Translations under genes and position numbers: made by a program
The notes under the pieces: generated by a model
The model's input: the letters and a program-made list of their open reading frames with translations, nothing else
Databases searched by the model: none
What the model was told of the DNA's origin: nothing
Shown: positions 13,820-26,730 of the stretch, in pieces
Layout: every line of letters starts with the position of its first letter
Numbering within the stretch: position 1 is the first letter of the stretch
Source: Geosiphon pyriformis uo1
Taxonomy: Eukaryota; Fungi; Glomeromycota
Assembly (NCBI GenBank): GCA_016748015.1
Contig: JAAOMT010000620.1
Coordinates: 222,940-286,939 of the forward strand
Length of the DNA: 64,000 nt
Direction of reading: 5' to 3'

Positions 13820-16800
13820 TGTTATGGGTAAACTTGGTGGAGTAGAGAAATAGTAATATTTAGTGCTCTCAATTATCACTAATATGTGTTTTGCATAATT
13901 TTATTGACTTAGTCTTGATTATCAGTCTTTAAAAGTCTTATTTACTGATTGTAAATTTACCTGTTAAGTTCTTTGATTATAAGGAACAGAGGTTTGGCTT
14001 TTGCTAATTGCAACTTCTTTAAAAATATGAGCTATCTTCTCTGAGCTAATAAGTGCAGTTATTAGGGTCTAGCATTGTCTTTTCGCCTTTCTAGTAAGCT
14101 ATCAAGATAGTGTTAATATCCAAAACTTAAAAAGAGCTTCTCTCTTTTACCTGGCTATCTCAAAGTCTATTTCCAAACAGTTAATTTTACTATATTGCTA
14201 TTTCACAAGAGAAAATAAAAATAAAAATAAAAATAAAAATAAAAGAAAATAAAAATAAAAATAAATAAATTAGTATTGTCAATCACTGTGATCAAGAGTG
14301 TCTGGTCCAAATCATTAATAGTTCAAGGCAGTTATGCTAAAAGCATCTGTTCTGGAATGAAAGTACAAAACAATAATTAATTTATGTAAATTCTACAAAG
14401 TTTAAAAACATGAATTTGTGATTTTAATTTCTCAATAATTGATTTATTTCAGAAGATAAATATGAAATAGAATAAATAATAGAAAAGGTAAGAATATTTG
14501 ATTCTTGTTTAGTGGTTCATATCTAGATATCTGTCTTTTTCTACCTTTATTTACTACTTGTTTTTATACATTTTTTTGGTTTTATAGGATTGCTTTTTGA
14601 CTGTTCTATTATTGTTAACTATTGCTTTGCTATTTCTGTAATTGCTTTGTTCTTCTACATTATTACTAGTTATCTTATATTATAATATGTTATCTGGTAT
14701 TATTACTTGTTATTTTGTATTATCTCACATTATAATGTATTATTCTGCATTATCTTAAGTTATAATGTATTATTCAATATTATTGTATACTATTCTGTAT
14801 TATGTTACATTTTGGTCATGTTTTTTTATAACTTTGAATTGGTTTTTCTACTCAGATAACATTATCCCTCTCTTTTTAGAATTGAGCTTTTGTAAAATCA
14901 TATGTATCTGTTATCATGGCTTCATTTATGTAATGTTTGATAGTTGCATCGAGTATTGTTTTTTATAAATCTTCAAACTGTCAATTGGTTATTTGTCCTA
15001 TGTTGTTAACTGTTATAGTCTTTATAAATTCATTAACAGTATATTTGGACAATATTGAAAAGCAGTATATAATTAGTATGCTGCTTTGTAATATAAGGTT
15101 AGGTTGCTTTTCTCTACAAATTTTCTACTTGTTGTATTGCTTCTTTGTTAAAAGTTTTCTGGCTAAAGTCTCTATATGGTGTCTTCAAATCTAATTGTTT
15201 ATCAATTTTGTAGAACCAATATGCTGGAGGAAGTTTTTTTTTCTATTTTTGGATATTGTCAGGTGTTTATTCTCCTGTTTTGAGGAGTTCAATCTTACAA
15301 GCTAAAGCTTTTTTTATTTCTTTGAGCTTGAGGACCAAGTATCTTTTATAAATTTCTTTTATTTCCTGTTCCACTCAAGAGAAATTTTTTCTTCAATTTC
15401 TCCTCTCAGACATTGAGTAGAGATAAGATCATTTAGTTTTAGTTGAACTTTTGCCTTTTCTTTTCTTGCTTTTATCTTTATATCATATCTTTTTTCTATT
15501 AATTGTTATTTTTATTTGAGCAGAAGATTGCTGAATTGCATTAAATAGTTGTTTTAAAAGTTGTAAAATTTGATCTGACAGATTTATGCTAAAAGTTTTA
15601 TTATTTCTTACTGTTTTTTTTTGGATATTATATATATTTGAATTTCTTAATTTAATTTGCTGTACATTGTTTATGTTTTAATAATAATGATTGGTTTCAA
15701 ATATTATGGTATATCTTTTAGTCTAATTAATAAAATTTGTGTTTCTAGTTGAAGTACTGATAATGATGATTTTTGTTTTACATGATAAATTTTTAACCAA
15801 TTTCTATGTGCTACTTTCTTTAAAATTCTGTTTTCCAATCATAATTTGTAAGTTTCATTGTCTAAAACTTTGTGTATGTGGAATGGACTGTCTTACTTTG
15901 GGTCAAACTTTTCATTTCACTGTTTTTTAGCTTTTATATAATGTAATAGTACTTGGTCTCCAATCTTGAATTCCATTGGTTGTTCAGATAGGCATTTATC
16001 ATGTTTTTCTTTTTGTTGTTCTTAAGTATTACTAATGTTGTCAGCTATTGTTTTATGATTATTTTCTAATATTTCTATAAGCTGGTATGTCTTATGGTTA
16101 AGATCACTCCAAAATTTTCTTTGGTAATAGCTTTTGTTAAGTACAACTGTATTTTTCTTTCAATAAGTAGAATGGCTTTTCTTTCATAGATTAATTCAAA
16201 TAGTATGAACTGAATCATATTTTGTTTTAGTATTCAGTATGCAAAGAGTACAGAAGGTATAAATAAGTTCTATTCTTGTTTGTTTTCATGACTTATTTTT
16301 GTTAATGCTTTACACAATATTTGGTTAAATTGTTCTATCAGTCTGTTTGTTTGTAAGTAATATGGTGACAATAAAAGACATTTTATTCTAAACTGTTGAC
16401 TTAATTCAGTTAACATATTATTGATAAAATATGTTCCTTAATTAGATAGCAGTTCTTTCAGGCATTTGTGTTTGCAAATCAGATCTTGGTGTACAAACTT
16501 AGCTACTGTTTTAGCATCTGCTACTTGGATGGCTTTGACTTCTGGCTATTTTGTCAAATAGTCTACAGCTACAGTAATATAATAATTTTTTTTGGATGTT
16601 ATAGAGAGAAAACCAACCAAATTGATCCTAATTCTATCAAATAGATTTCTAACTGGAATGAGTTGAAGTGGTTTCATTGTTCTGGCTTTTTTTTTTCACT
16701 GACATAAGTTACAATTGAGCACATATTTGAAAATGTCTTTGTATATCATTGGCCAATAGTATAAATTTAGAGTTCTTTTAAGAGTAGCATCTTTGTTAAA

Positions 16801-16900
16801 GTATCCTACAGTTGGATCAGAATACATACTATGTAATATGGTTTCTTTTTCATTGTTTTTAATAATTTATTATGGGATGGGGTGGTTTTAGCATTTTCAT
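13820..16900 (-). mobile_element. Ty3/Gypsy element B1: 3' LTR (13820-14861), PPT, ORF3 (14876-15667), integrase (15671-16900); interrupted by B2
   Basis: The LTR is the reverse complement of 16901-17922; PPT AAAAAGAGAGGGATAA; decayed integrase with HHCC and core motifs. Confidence 0.85.
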
Positions 16901-19900
16901 TGTTACCCAAGTAGAAAAACTGATCCAAAGTTATAAAGAAAATGTGACCAAAATGTGACATAACACAGAATAGTGCACAATAATATTAAATAATATGTTA
17001 TAACTTAGGATAATGCAGGATAACACAAAATAACATGTAATAACACCAGATAATGTGTTATAATATAGGATAACTAGAAATAACATAAAAGAACAAAGCA
17101 ATAACAGAAAATAGCAAAGCAATAGCTAGCAATAACAAAAACAATCAAAAACAATCCTGTAAAACCAAAAGAATATATAAAAATAAGTAGTTATAGAAGT
17201 TAGAAAAAAAAACACCTAGATATGACCTACTAGACAAGAATCAAATATCCTTACCCCTTCCATTATTTATTCTATTCTATCTTCATCTTTTAAAACAAAT
17301 ATTTTATTGAGAAATCAGAATTATGAATTCATGTTCTCAAACTTTATGGACTTTATGTGAATTAACTATTGTTTTATATTTTTGTTTTAGAACAGATGCT
17401 CTTAGTATAATTACCTCGAATTATTAATGATTTAGACCAATCACTCTTGATTATGACAATTGACAATACTAATTCTTTTCTTTCTTTCTTTATTTTTTTT
17501 ATTTTTATTTTTTTTTTATTCTTTTCTTTATTCTTTTGTGAAGTGGCAACATAGTAAAATTGACTGTCTAGAAATAGACTTTGTGATAGTTTGGTAAAAA
17601 AAAAAGCTTCTTCTAAGTTTTGAATATTAACATTATCTTGTTAGCTTATCAAAAGGGTAAAAAGACAATACCAGATTCTAACAATTGCATTCATTAGTTC
17701 GGAAAAGATAGTTCACATTTATAAGAAGTTGCAATTAATGAAAGCCAAACCTCTGTGCCTTATAACCAAAGAACTTAACAGATAAAATTACAACCAGTAA
17801 ATAAAACCTTCAGAGACTGATAATCAAGACTAAGCCAATGAAATTATGTGAAAGACACATTATTGATAATTGAGAACACCAAACATTATCATTTCTCTAC
17901 TCCACCAAGGTTACCCATAACATTTAGTGCTCTTTGTGAGATTATAAATCCACAGAGACAGAGCATCCCAAAGATTTACAAAAGTGGCAACTATTGAAAC
18001 AGTAGGAAAGAATCACACTCTATACAGAAGAGTATTATTTCAACACTTTTGGAAAGACTTAGGAATACTCGCAGAAACTGTTATCACAGAAAACCAATTT
18101 TGTAACTATTTGTACATGAAAATTGATTGCTTTTTAGGCCAAATGACAGATACTGGGAAACTTGAAAAACAAATTCATTAAAAATTATTAGCCCACTCAA
18201 TGAATACCACTATCCAAGTCATAGCCAAAATACTTTATATATTCAATAAAGACATTGAGTACTATGTAAAAAAATACTACTCTTAAATAAAACAACCAGC
18301 AAAACCTGACCCTGAAAAATATGAGTTCAAACCCAATAGCACAGCAGCTACATGAGAACAAGCTTACTCTATAGTCAACAAAAAACCAAGATTTCTTTCT
18401 CTAACAACTCCATCATATTATCAGACACCAAAAAATAGAATTGTATTTAACCCAATCATGGAAACCCAGGCAGAAACACCATGAACTCCCAGAAATTAAC
18501 ACCCATGGGGTCACAACAGTTGGATCAGATTCTTAGAAGAATACAGATTATTATTTGGAAATCTTACCCCAACAATTAATAAAACAGATAGAAATATGTT
18601 AACATAAGAATCACTATCAAATCAACTCTTAACCAAATTATTAACTACTCTCTCTGAAAAAACAGCTATCTTCTAGTCCATTGGGAAAATTAACAAAGAG
18701 AAACAACCAGAATTAGCACTAGGAGAACTCTCTAGCATGCAAACTTCAAACTCTTTAATATTAACTAGTAAGACTCTATCTACCCACCAGATTATGGCCT
18801 ACCAAGATATTGTCAAATTAGAAAAATTCTCAAGAAAAAAAGACAATGCATACTTGTGGATTGTAAAAGCTGAAAAAGCAATTACTGCCAACAACTGAGA
18901 TAATAACAGAGCTATTCAAGCACTGCTATTTTTTTTGACTGAAACTGCAGACTCATGATATCAAAGTTTGACAGAAAAACCCATTGACTTCACTGTCTTT
19001 AAACTTGTCTTTCTATGATACTTTTATAACCCCAATACTTTTATCAGATTACAGAATCAATTCAGTATAATAAACAAAAAGATCATGAAGCAGTAACTAC
19101 TTATCTTGAATGATTCAACCAAATTCTTTGTCAAATACTGGCAATTGAAAAAGACTACTACACCATGGCACAAGTTCTTAATCAATTCATCAAAGGACTA
19201 AGAAGCAGCCTTCTAAGATTTGTGAGACCCTGACATCTGACAAATCTACTAAATACTGTTGCTTTTGCTCGCAATTTTGAGTTAGCAAAACAAGAAACCA
19301 ACCACATTCAAGCTGTTAATTTAGCCATCAACAGAACTGCAGACATCAATACAAAGATAACCCAATTAAGTGAGAAATTAACTCAGAAAATTGAAGGATT
19401 CTTAACCAGTATGACAGAAACTTATCAGTTATTTCAATGAAGAAATAATAACAGCAGTAGGTACCCCCAAAAACAGGAACATTAGCAACAACAACAATCT
19501 TGGAGATCTGACTTCTGTAATTGTTATTATTGCCAAAAATCTGGACATATTGTCTGAAATTGCTAACAGAAATTAGTGGACTAGAATTGAAGAACTCAAT
19601 ACCATCACCCAAGATATCCCTAAGCAATAAGACCCCAATACTTTATGTCCCAGTATTCACTGTTCCAATATGCACAACCAATCATATATACTCAATAACT
19701 GCTTTAGAACTATTATTAGCCATCACAGCCAATGACTCAAATAGCACCATAATACCAAAACTCTGTTTATAATCTACTTAGATCTTATATAATTGACTAC
19801 AACCAAGGATGGAGAAACTTCAACAACAATCAGATACAGACTAACAGTAGACTATTACAATTTCTTAATTGGAATAATGTCCTATCTTAACCAGCACCAA

Positions 19901-20165
19901 CTAGATACCTAAATTAAGTCTTATATCTCAGTCTTACTGAAAACCAAGATTTTTGTAGCTTTACATTTTTAAAAGAGAAGGATATAAGAGAAATGCCCAA
20001 CTTTTTAAGTTGAAATCAAACCAACAATATTATTCTACCTGCCACTATCACTGAAAACACCATTCTTGCCATTATATTCCCTTTTGATATTAACAATCTA
20101 AACACCAATAGCCTTTTCAGTGGAATCATTATTAATTAAGATAAACTAATAACTGCTCTATATAC
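16901..20165 (+). mobile_element. Ty3/Gypsy element B2, left part: 5' LTR 16901-17922, PBS 17925-17940, gag to start of protease
   Basis: TGTTAC...CATAACA LTR; decayed PBS TAGTGCTCTTTGTGAG; capsid MAYQDIVKLEKF near 18793; CCHC knuckle near 19516; protease broken at TALY|T by element A1. Confidence 0.88.
16945..17110 (+). repeat. U3 tandem array of ATAAYRYR units (family B; ancestral ATAACGCG inferred)
   Basis: ATAACACA, ATAATGCA, ATAACATG, ATAATGTG and ATAATATA variants about 10-11 bp apart; also 14670-14815 and 62760-62960. Confidence 0.75.
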
Positions 20166-20235
20166 TGTTACTTATAGAACATAAAAAGTATATTAGCATA
20201 TAAATTAGCCAATCAGAAGTAGCCGTAGTAAATGT

Positions 20236-20420
20236 GAAATTCCAGGATTCTAGGAATTTTAAAATTCTCATACAAAAAATCACAGGATTCCAGGAATTTT
20301 AGGATTCTCATACAAGAAATTGCAGAATTCCAGAATTCCAGGATTCCTCTCAAAAAAAATTGCAGGATTTCAGGAATTCTAAGATTCCTGGTGTGAAGAA
20401 TTAAGAAATTAAGAAATCTC
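20236..20420 (+). repeat. U3 tandem array of GGAATT(C/G)C(A/G)GGATTCC-type units, present in every family A LTR
   Basis: Repeated 8-9-nt GGAATT/GGATTC modules between a CCAAT box and the TATATATAGC box; also near 31245, 32290, 49075, 58360, 59430 and 63315. Confidence 0.85.
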
Positions 20421-23400
20421 AATTATGTATATATAGCAGTAGTGCTAGAGATAGAAAAGACAGAATCTTGAGAAAAAAAGAACCTCCCAGTTTAGATTTA
20501 ATCTAAACAACATTCCATTCACAAATATCAATAAATAATTATTCACTATCTTAATTCACTTTCCACTATTAACACTTCATGTTGATAGTAATTGATACTT
20601 AACTATATTAGAACAATAGCTTTTGATCATGGCTATTGACAGGATACTAACTTGCAATTGCTTTTGTTTATTTTTTTTATTTTTTTTTATTTCTTTTGTA
20701 TTTCTTTTGGTTGACTAATTGATTAAGAATTAAAGCACTGAATTACAGATGTCATAAAAACTGGTAAAAGACCCATGAAACAAAGATAGAACACTCATAG
20801 ATTTGAGGATAGCTTACCAAGAGGATTACCAACCACCATGCTGAGAAAGAAATTTGATGGAATTGCGATTCTGGGAGGCTACTGAAAACCATTATTAAAT
20901 CTCTGTTCATTATACAAAGAACTCCACAACAAAACCTTCAGATCAACAAAATCTTCAGATATCAACACCAGAATACCAATTAAGCACCAAGTTACAGATT
21001 TGTTATTTACTTTGAGACCCTAAATAATCATCTGTAATATTTGGTGCTCTCTGTAAGGTATAATCTTACAGAAAACCAGCACCAACCACAATTATCCAAA
21101 AGTAGCAGAATCAGAAATCATAGGAGCAAACCATTTAAGATTCACCAAATTCTTGTTTCAACAGTACAGCCAACAATTAGAATTAAACAATAACCATTTT
21201 CCAGCAGAATCAGCCTTTAACTTCTATGTCAACAATAAAATCACAGATTGCTTAGGAGAAACAGTTGACATTGAATCCACAAGAAAAAACTTCTATACAG
21301 AATTATTTCAACATACCAGCTTACCAAGAAACTACAGTTTCATACCAATTATCAGGAAAATTAATCAAACCATTGAAAGGTACACACAACAACAATTCTC
21401 TATTACTTATGTAGACAAAAACAAAAGAAAGTTGCAAACACCAGCAGTAACACCAAAACAAATACAACCACTCACTTGAAAGAAAACCAGAGTTGAATCA
21501 CCAACAAACCCATTCTACCACTATACACTTGAAAGCACCATTAACATCTCATTAACAGGTGCATCCACATTACACATGACATTAATATTTGAACAACTCT
21601 TATTTCAAAGTAAACAAAAGAAAGCAGAATTACCAGAAACCTACAGCAATTATTTTGAAGGATTTAAATCATAATTGCCAACACTATCAGAATTCTGATT
21701 ACTACCACCTCAACCAGATTTCGGAAACATGAATTCCTGGGAAATAATGAAATCAGAAGAGAAAGAAGAAGCTGAAGATCAAGAATTTACTTACCAAAAC
21801 CCAATTCCAGAAAACCCGAATATCAAAACCCCAAACTTTCAGACTTAGCAAGATTCAAATTTAGAAAATCCAGAAATTAAAGCTCCAAATTTTCAAACCC
21901 AGCAAAATCGGAACAATTGAAATTCTAAAGCAATTAATTAGCAAAACTTACTTCTAGTAATCATCATTAACCCACCACCAGTTGCTTTACAACAACAGCC
22001 ACTGCCACAACCCCAAATTCAATTATCACTTCCACCACTACAACAACCAAATGTAGATCCAATAGCCTATGCCTCAATAGCAAAACTTGAAAAATTCACA
22101 GGAGAAGAGAACAATACACAAGTGTGGCTAAATGATATGAAAAAAGTCATCACAGTCAATAGATGGAACAATGTCAGGACATTTCAAGCCATCCCCTATT
22201 TCTTGCAAAATACTGTCAACTCATGATATCAAAGTTTAGCTGCCAAACCTCAAACATTCCAAGAATTCAGGGTTGCATTCTTGGGATATTTCAGTAATAA
22301 TAACAGTATTAATTGCCTAGCCAACACCTTTACTACAATTAAACAAGGAAAAACTAAAGCAGTTACCACTTACTTGGAACATTTCCACAGGAATTTGCAC
22401 CAAATTCAAGCAATTCAAGCTAACTATTTTACAGTGCCACAGATTTTAAACCAGTTCATTCATGAACTGTACAGTAGTTTTTTCTAACGCGTACATCTAA
22501 TGCACCCACAAACTCTCCAAAATGCAGTCACCAATGCGAGAGATTTTGAATCAGTAGAACTTGAAGCAAACCATGTCCAAGCCATTAACCTGGTCATGAA
22601 TGGATCATCTGACTTGAATTCCAAATTAAAACAGCTTAGTGATTTAATTAATCAGAAATTGGAAGGATACTTAGCTGACAATTGTGCAATTTATTAGCCA
22701 CCTTAATAATATAACAATTCTGGAAACATAAATCACCCACTAAATCAGTCATGTCTGTCATCTTTGACCAATCAGATATGACAGCAAGAAATGCGTGTTT
22801 GCCACTACTGTGGTAAACAAGAACATTTGAAAATTAACTGTAGGTTAAGACTAGATAACCAACAATTGGAAAATCAATATTGAAACTCCAATCACAGGTT
22901 TTAGACTCTGAATTATCAATCAAACCCAGAACTGTATCAACTGAATTATCTACCTATAATACAACAGCCAATCTATCAACTACTAGTTTATCAACCAACA
23001 ACACCAGTAATCTATCAACTGCAGTCTCAGCCTATCTATCAGCCACAGCCTCAAGTAATCTATCAACCCCAACAAATTTAAACACTACCACAAAACTTAC
23101 CTCAAAACAGAACCCAAAGGCTGAGACTAACACAACAGAACTGGAGATTGTTATTGGTAGTTCATCAACCAATCTCCAGTTCCTCAAACCAGCCATCAGG
23201 ATCTCGACAACAGGATTTGGACACTGGGTACACCCAAAACCCGAATACCCAACAGTAATTAAGTCTTCTGGTTACTCCAGAAAACACCACATCCAACAAC
23301 TTGGAAACAAACTAAAAAAATCTTACCAGCAACATCCCACCAGCTACTGTCACTAATGACAAATCACTTGCAGTAATTTTTCCATTCGAATTCAAAGAAC

Positions 23401-24757
23401 TAACATCCACACTATTGTTTAGTAAAGTCACATTTGAAGAAAAACCAATTACTACCATGTATACTGATGCTAAAATTGATGACCATTCCATCAAACTGAT
23501 CTTAGACAGTAGATCAGCTGGCAGCATCATCACAAAACAGCTTATGGACCAATTAGGTCGCTGAGTTGATCAAGCTGCCAGTCTAAGGATAATTACAGCT
23601 GATAAAGCCACCAAGACTCCAATTGGTAAAATAAATAACCTTTTTATAGAAATCAATGGCATTATAATACCAATCAAAGTTCTGATAATAGAAGCTACTT
23701 AATATCAAGCTCTAATTGGCAATAACTGGCTATTCAAAACCACTGCAATGCTGGACTGAACCACCCAAAAGTTGCAAATCAGTCAAAATGGCCGACACAT
23801 GCAAGTACTAGCAATGTGTGGCTATTTCAAACTCAGCACTATGACACGGCCACTCATTGACTTCAAAAAAAAGAGAGAAAAACCTACCTGGGAAGTTTAT
23901 CAAATGTCATGGGCTGATAAGAACCACAACAAACTACTGCCAATACTCTCTTGGAATGACAACAAAAAAGAAAAACAAAAAGAAGAACTTACTTGGAACA
24001 CAGACCAAACCTAGAAAATTAACAACAGCTCAGATAAACTGCCAACCTGAGAATAGGAAGAAACTAATAAAAAGAAAAGAAAAAAGAAGGAAAAAGACCT
24101 ACTCAAAGAAACCACTGCCACAGAAGAAATACTTAGTGGTTGGGAAAGAGAATATTCTTGGGAACCAATAAAAGAACTGCTATACATACCTCTCAAATAC
24201 AAAGATTATGGGAAAAAACTTTTTTCCATGGGAGCTTGGATGGCACCAGACAAAGATTACTGGACATGTATGCATTAGTACTGTAAGCTGTACTATAAAG
24301 AATGATATAATTACCCAAAACATCAAGGAAAGTAGGACAATGAATCATGTCTTACTTGTAGCAAACAGTTATTCAACAAAGGAATGTAAAACAATATTCC
24401 TAGACAAGAAGGAATGTGCAATGCTTTGTGCCAATACATGATTCTTATCAGCAATTGAGTAAGTCATGAAACGCCTATTGCTACAGCCTAGCACTGAGCA
24501 ATCAATTGCTTGGATGAGTATCTACACAATGAGGACGAGATCTGGTAGATGGCAAATGCCAAAGTAGAAGGCACCATGCTCAGCAAAATATTGGAAATCA
24601 AGAACAACTCTTCGGAACCAGCCAACATTGTTCTAATTCCCAACCCAGACACTTTCCTGGACTTGGAAGCAGGCCCAGAAAAATTCCATGAACACTATCT
24701 TTGGCACCAACAAGAGAAAAACAAGAGCAGTGTTTGGCCCAAATCAACATTTAGCTA

Positions 24758-26012
24758 TGGTGCAAACTATTTATAATCATCAAAAATATAGATCAGTCTG
24801 AAATTTTAAATGACAATTTTCACGTGTTTTTATTTATATAATTAAATTTTATTGGTTAATATACATGTGTTTTTAATATATTATTTATAAGTAAGAAGTT
24901 TATTAGGCTTTTACAAAAAAATCTGGGTTTTATCTACTTGAACTAATATGTTTCATACATTTTTTGCATCAAAACGAACTCGTTAGAAAATGTACAACAC
25001 TAATAAAAAAGAGCTATTCAAGGTTATGGGCTTTAAGACAACTTCAGTTTTCTCAATCAAAGTAAAGCCAAAAATCTTTCAATTCCAATCTGATTCCCTT
25101 AAATTAACACCAACTGATGTAAGTTTCTTGATTATTGTGATAAACTATTATATATCACATTCTAATAAGTTGTTGAAATATTCAACAATTGAAATTCCTT
25201 TTACAACCTAGGAAACCAATTTTAAAACTAGATTATAATTTAATCGAATACACAATAGGTATTTTAGTTATTATATTTCTCTTTGGTATAATTTATCATT
25301 CAAATATTAAATTTAACCAGAAATTTTTATTACAGAGGATTTCATATATCTCTTAAATCCAAGCAATTCTTTGAAATACAACATTATAATCATTGAAAGG
25401 TTATTTGTGAATTCAAAGTAAGTATCCACATTATAATAATGCAAGGTTACAAATAAAGCGCAAATGACATTCTCAAATTCTCCGGCAATTGCTCATAGTA
25501 CTTTTACAATTTCTTTGACGCCTGGTGTAAACAATATTGATATCTGGGTTTCTGTTCCAATAATGACAACCAAATATGGTGGTAGTGTGAATGGAATATT
25601 CATAGTTAATGGTGCCATGTCACCAACAGAAGACATGCAGGCCAAGAGATATTATATCTTTATAAAAAAGTAACCATCTAAAGATTAGATTAATATTAAT
25701 TAAAAGCCTTTCTGAAAATGATAATACTTCGATGATTTATCACATGATGACGTGACTTTAGTGATTGCTAATTGGCTAAAATCTGATTGATCGGCATTCA
25801 AAAATTAAAGATTAATAATAAAAGTGGCTAATTTTAAACTTTAATAACTTTATAAATTATAATATAATTCAAAAAATTAAACTGTAAATGTGAAAGAGAA
25901 GAACTTAATCTAACATATTTACAGTTTAGTTTTTTAATATTATTAAAATTAGAAGACTAGATATAATTTAAAATTATATAAATTGTTTGATGACTATAAA
26001 TGATCTGCACCA
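24758..26012. mobile_element. 1255-bp non-autonomous TIR DNA element with TA TSD (Tc1/mariner-type signature), inserted in the Cys-rich domain of A1
   Basis: Left end TA-TGGTGCAAACTATTTATAATCATCAAA; right end TTTGATGACTATAAATGATCTGCACCA-TA. Removing it restores the host ...CTA TGT AAC CAC reading (L-C-x-H-C motif). No transposase recognised. Confidence 0.8.
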
Positions 26013-26334
26013 TATGTAACCACTGATTAATCTCATGTGACTTTCAATATTGTAATGAGTATGACCTTATTTACAATTCACTATTACACATGATCTACAC
26101 AATTTCAGAAGAGGAAGAACCAATCAGCAGATGCACATCGGAATCAGAATCGATTTTCAATCTCAATTCAAACTCTGACAATGATAACAACAAAAACAAT
26201 AGTTTCAGCTCTACTCAATGGGGCAATGAAAAATATAGCAATTTGAATGCCAATTCAAATCCTGAAACATACATTACACTCTTTGATCTCACCAAGGAAC
26301 AAGAACTTAAATGGTTTAGCAATAATAATAAAGG

Positions 26335-26730
26335 TATTATGCCAGAACGTGCACATGATACTGATGCAAGATTTGATTTGAGATATTTAAGAAAAGATCC
26401 CATCAAATTGGAACTCCATTCATGCACCTGCATTGATCTCAAAGTAGCACTGGAAATTTCAGCAACAATAATGGTACAGTTAGTATTTAGGAGTAGCTTA
26501 GCCAAAAAGGGAATCAACATTAAAAAAAGAATAATTGATGCAGAATATATAAAAAATATCATTGTGATGTTACAAAATGACTCAAAAAAGACATATATCA
26601 TAGATCCAAATGAAAAAATAGCACAGGCAATATTTCTGTCTCTGGTTAAAATAGCTCAATTAGTATTAATAAGAAACAGAAAAGAATTAGGGATCACAAC
26701 TAGAGGAATACAGGGATTCAGATCCACAAG
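26335..26730 (+). pseudogene. Retroelement dUTPase domain (A1)
   Basis: AHDTDARFDLRY, RSSLA, IIDAEY, KIAQAI, RGIQGFRST: dUTPase motifs 1-5 with G>A damage. Confidence 0.85.

Noticed and set aside
17805-17840. TTCAGAGACTGA...AAGACTAAGC, similar to group I intron R/S elements
   Set aside because: Only about 5 nt separate them, leaving no room for P3'/P8, and no P/Q elements were found.
20236-20420. GGAATTCC repeat array resembling a CRISPR-like array, and ORFs such as MRFLNFLILH...
   Set aside because: No unique spacers, eukaryotic context, present in every LTR U3; the ORFs are repeat artefacts.
20593-20640. ATACTTAAC...GATCAC resembling the U1 snRNA 5' end and loop I
   Set aside because: No U1 cloverleaf or Sm site; the match is short and imperfect.
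20730-21039. Possible ~100-aa ORF in LTR U5 (LVKDP...TIESLSIIQRT or LNLCSLYKEL...EHRVTG)
   Set aside because: The reading frame shifts between subfamilies and between A and B; conservation is better explained at nucleotide/RNA level.
22880-23356. Ser/Thr-rich ORFs (also 55544-55870 and antisense 55548-56003)
   Set aside because: Alternate frames of the Gln/Pro-rich YQxP repeats between NC and PR; they stay open only because the Gln frame collects CAA>TAA stops.
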